A stretch of 63,810 nt of DNA, filler included, from Octopus bimaculoides (taxonomy: Eukaryota): the NCBI RefSeq assembly GCF_001194135.2. It is 6 parts of 6 records of this genome, joined end to end, with 100 filler letters (N's around TTAATTAATTAA, not from the genome) between each part and the next. Parts side by side here need not be neighbours in the genome. Positions count along the whole stretch, not along the records: positions 62,461 to 63,810 come from NC_068981.1; 5 more parts are not named here. One strand, 5' to 3'. This document shows, piece by piece, positions 62,621 through 63,810 of this stretch (position 1 is its first letter; each line of letters begins with the position of its first letter). The translations under genes were made by a program, and so were the position numbers. The notes beneath the pieces were generated by a model, which was not told the origin of the DNA, did no database searches, and worked only from the letters and a program-made list of their open reading frames with translations.

Positions 62621-63611
62621 GGCTTGATGAGTCGCCAAGACTGTATCGAAGCAGAGGAAACTGTCTAGGGTGGTATATAAAAGATGCCGTTTATCCACTC
62701 CTGAAACACACGAAGAAGGCCGGTGTCATTAAAACTGAAAATTCTGTAACTAAAGAAAAACATCAAACAAGAAATGAACCAAACAAAATGCATGGAGGGA
62801 AATGAAAATGTACGGTCAGATTGCAAGAGATGTCAATGCCAAGACAGATGAAGAGAACCGGTGGCTATGGGTGAAGAAGAGTGCCTTGAAGATAAAGACA
62901 GAAGTACTCATATGCGCAGCACAGGAACAAGCGTTAAGGACCAAATATATGAAATGCAGAACTGACAACACTACCGATAACGACAAATGCAAAATGTGTG
63001 GTGAGAGGAGTGAAACGGTATGGCACATTGTTAGCGATTGCGCGAAATTGGCAGAAACGACGCCATGAGAATGTTGCAAGACTGGTCCATTGGGAAATCT
63101 GTTGAAATCATGGCCTACAAAGAGCAAAGACGTGGTGTCAGCAATCCCCGGAAGGAGTCTCCGAAAATGAGAATTGGAAAATACCGTGGGATGCAATGAT
63201 CAAGTGCAATCACCTGACCATACATCGGAAACCTTACGTTGTTGTGGTGAATAAAAAAGATATAGCACGTATGATAATCGACATATCATGCCCCGGTAAC
63301 AACAAGATCAATGTGAAACAAGAAGACAAAATCAACAACTATGACGATTTAAAGTGGGAAATACGAAGGTTGTGGTCAATAGTAAGTAGCGCACTTGGTA
63401 GTATCAGCATCCAATTACCAACGGGGCTGACAATATTCGGTGCATTTGTGAAGGTAGAACAACTAAAAAAGTGAGTATTGCTTGCAACTCCAATAATTCT
63501 TCGCAGGGTGCTTGAAGCACGACCAGCAAAACGAGTGTCACCTTAGTCTGCTGGCTGTGGGCAGCTGACGCTTTCCATCATATTCAGCAATATAAGCTGT
63601 GGGTTTTAATA
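62621..63611 (+). mobile_element. R4/Dong-type LINE 3' part (lineage F3), degenerate
   Basis: GLMSRQDCIEAEE, EVLICAAQEQALRTKY, CKMCGERSETVWHIVSDC (CCHC), HRKPYVVVVNK..MIIDISCPG, VLLATPIILRRVLEA, then 3' UTR and (CAA/TAA)n. Confidence 0.88.
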
Positions 63612-63643
63612 CAACAACAATAATAATAATGATAATAATAATA

Positions 63644-63810
63644 AAATCCCAGCAATGGCTGAGAAGCTCAGGAGTCAAAGCAGAGACGGAAGGATTTTTA
63701 ATTGCTGCACAAGACCAGAGTCTCCCCACCAGAAATTACCAAAAACACATAATGAAAAGAAATATAACAAGTAACTGTAGAATATGTGGAGATCGACAAG
63801 AAACAATAAA
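63644..63810 (+). mobile_element. R4/Dong-type LINE fragment running off the window
   Basis: Stop-free KSQQWLRSSGVKAETEGFLIAAQDQSLPTRNYQKHIMKRNITSNCRICGDRQETI directly after (TAA)n. Confidence 0.88.

Overview
Eukaryotic, repeat-saturated, gapped scaffold DNA. The SINE families and microsatellite style suggest an octopus (coleoid) genome; this is an inference. I found no recognisable complete protein-coding gene, and no rRNA, genuine tRNA or CRISPR array. Nearly all ORFs in the supplied track are microsatellite or N-gap artefacts. The window holds four recurring tRNA-headed SINE families (my labels A-D), an RTE-tail-type repeat (E), CR1-group LINE ends, Penelope-type repeats with hammerhead motifs, and MITE-like foldbacks. 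It also holds many restriction-like-endonuclease (R4/Dong-type) LINE pieces stacked in (TAA)n arrays. The most interesting structures are: (1) a 1.67-kb ORF1-only (half-L1-like) Tx1/L1 element that splits a SINE-C copy and shares its 3' tail; (2) SINE-C target-site duplications that all begin with GAAATA; (3) TAA microsatellites used as landing pads by several Dong-like lineages and by a 556-bp non-coding element with no tRNA head. A few weak minus-strand exon candidates and an RFX X-box cluster may belong to a host gene.
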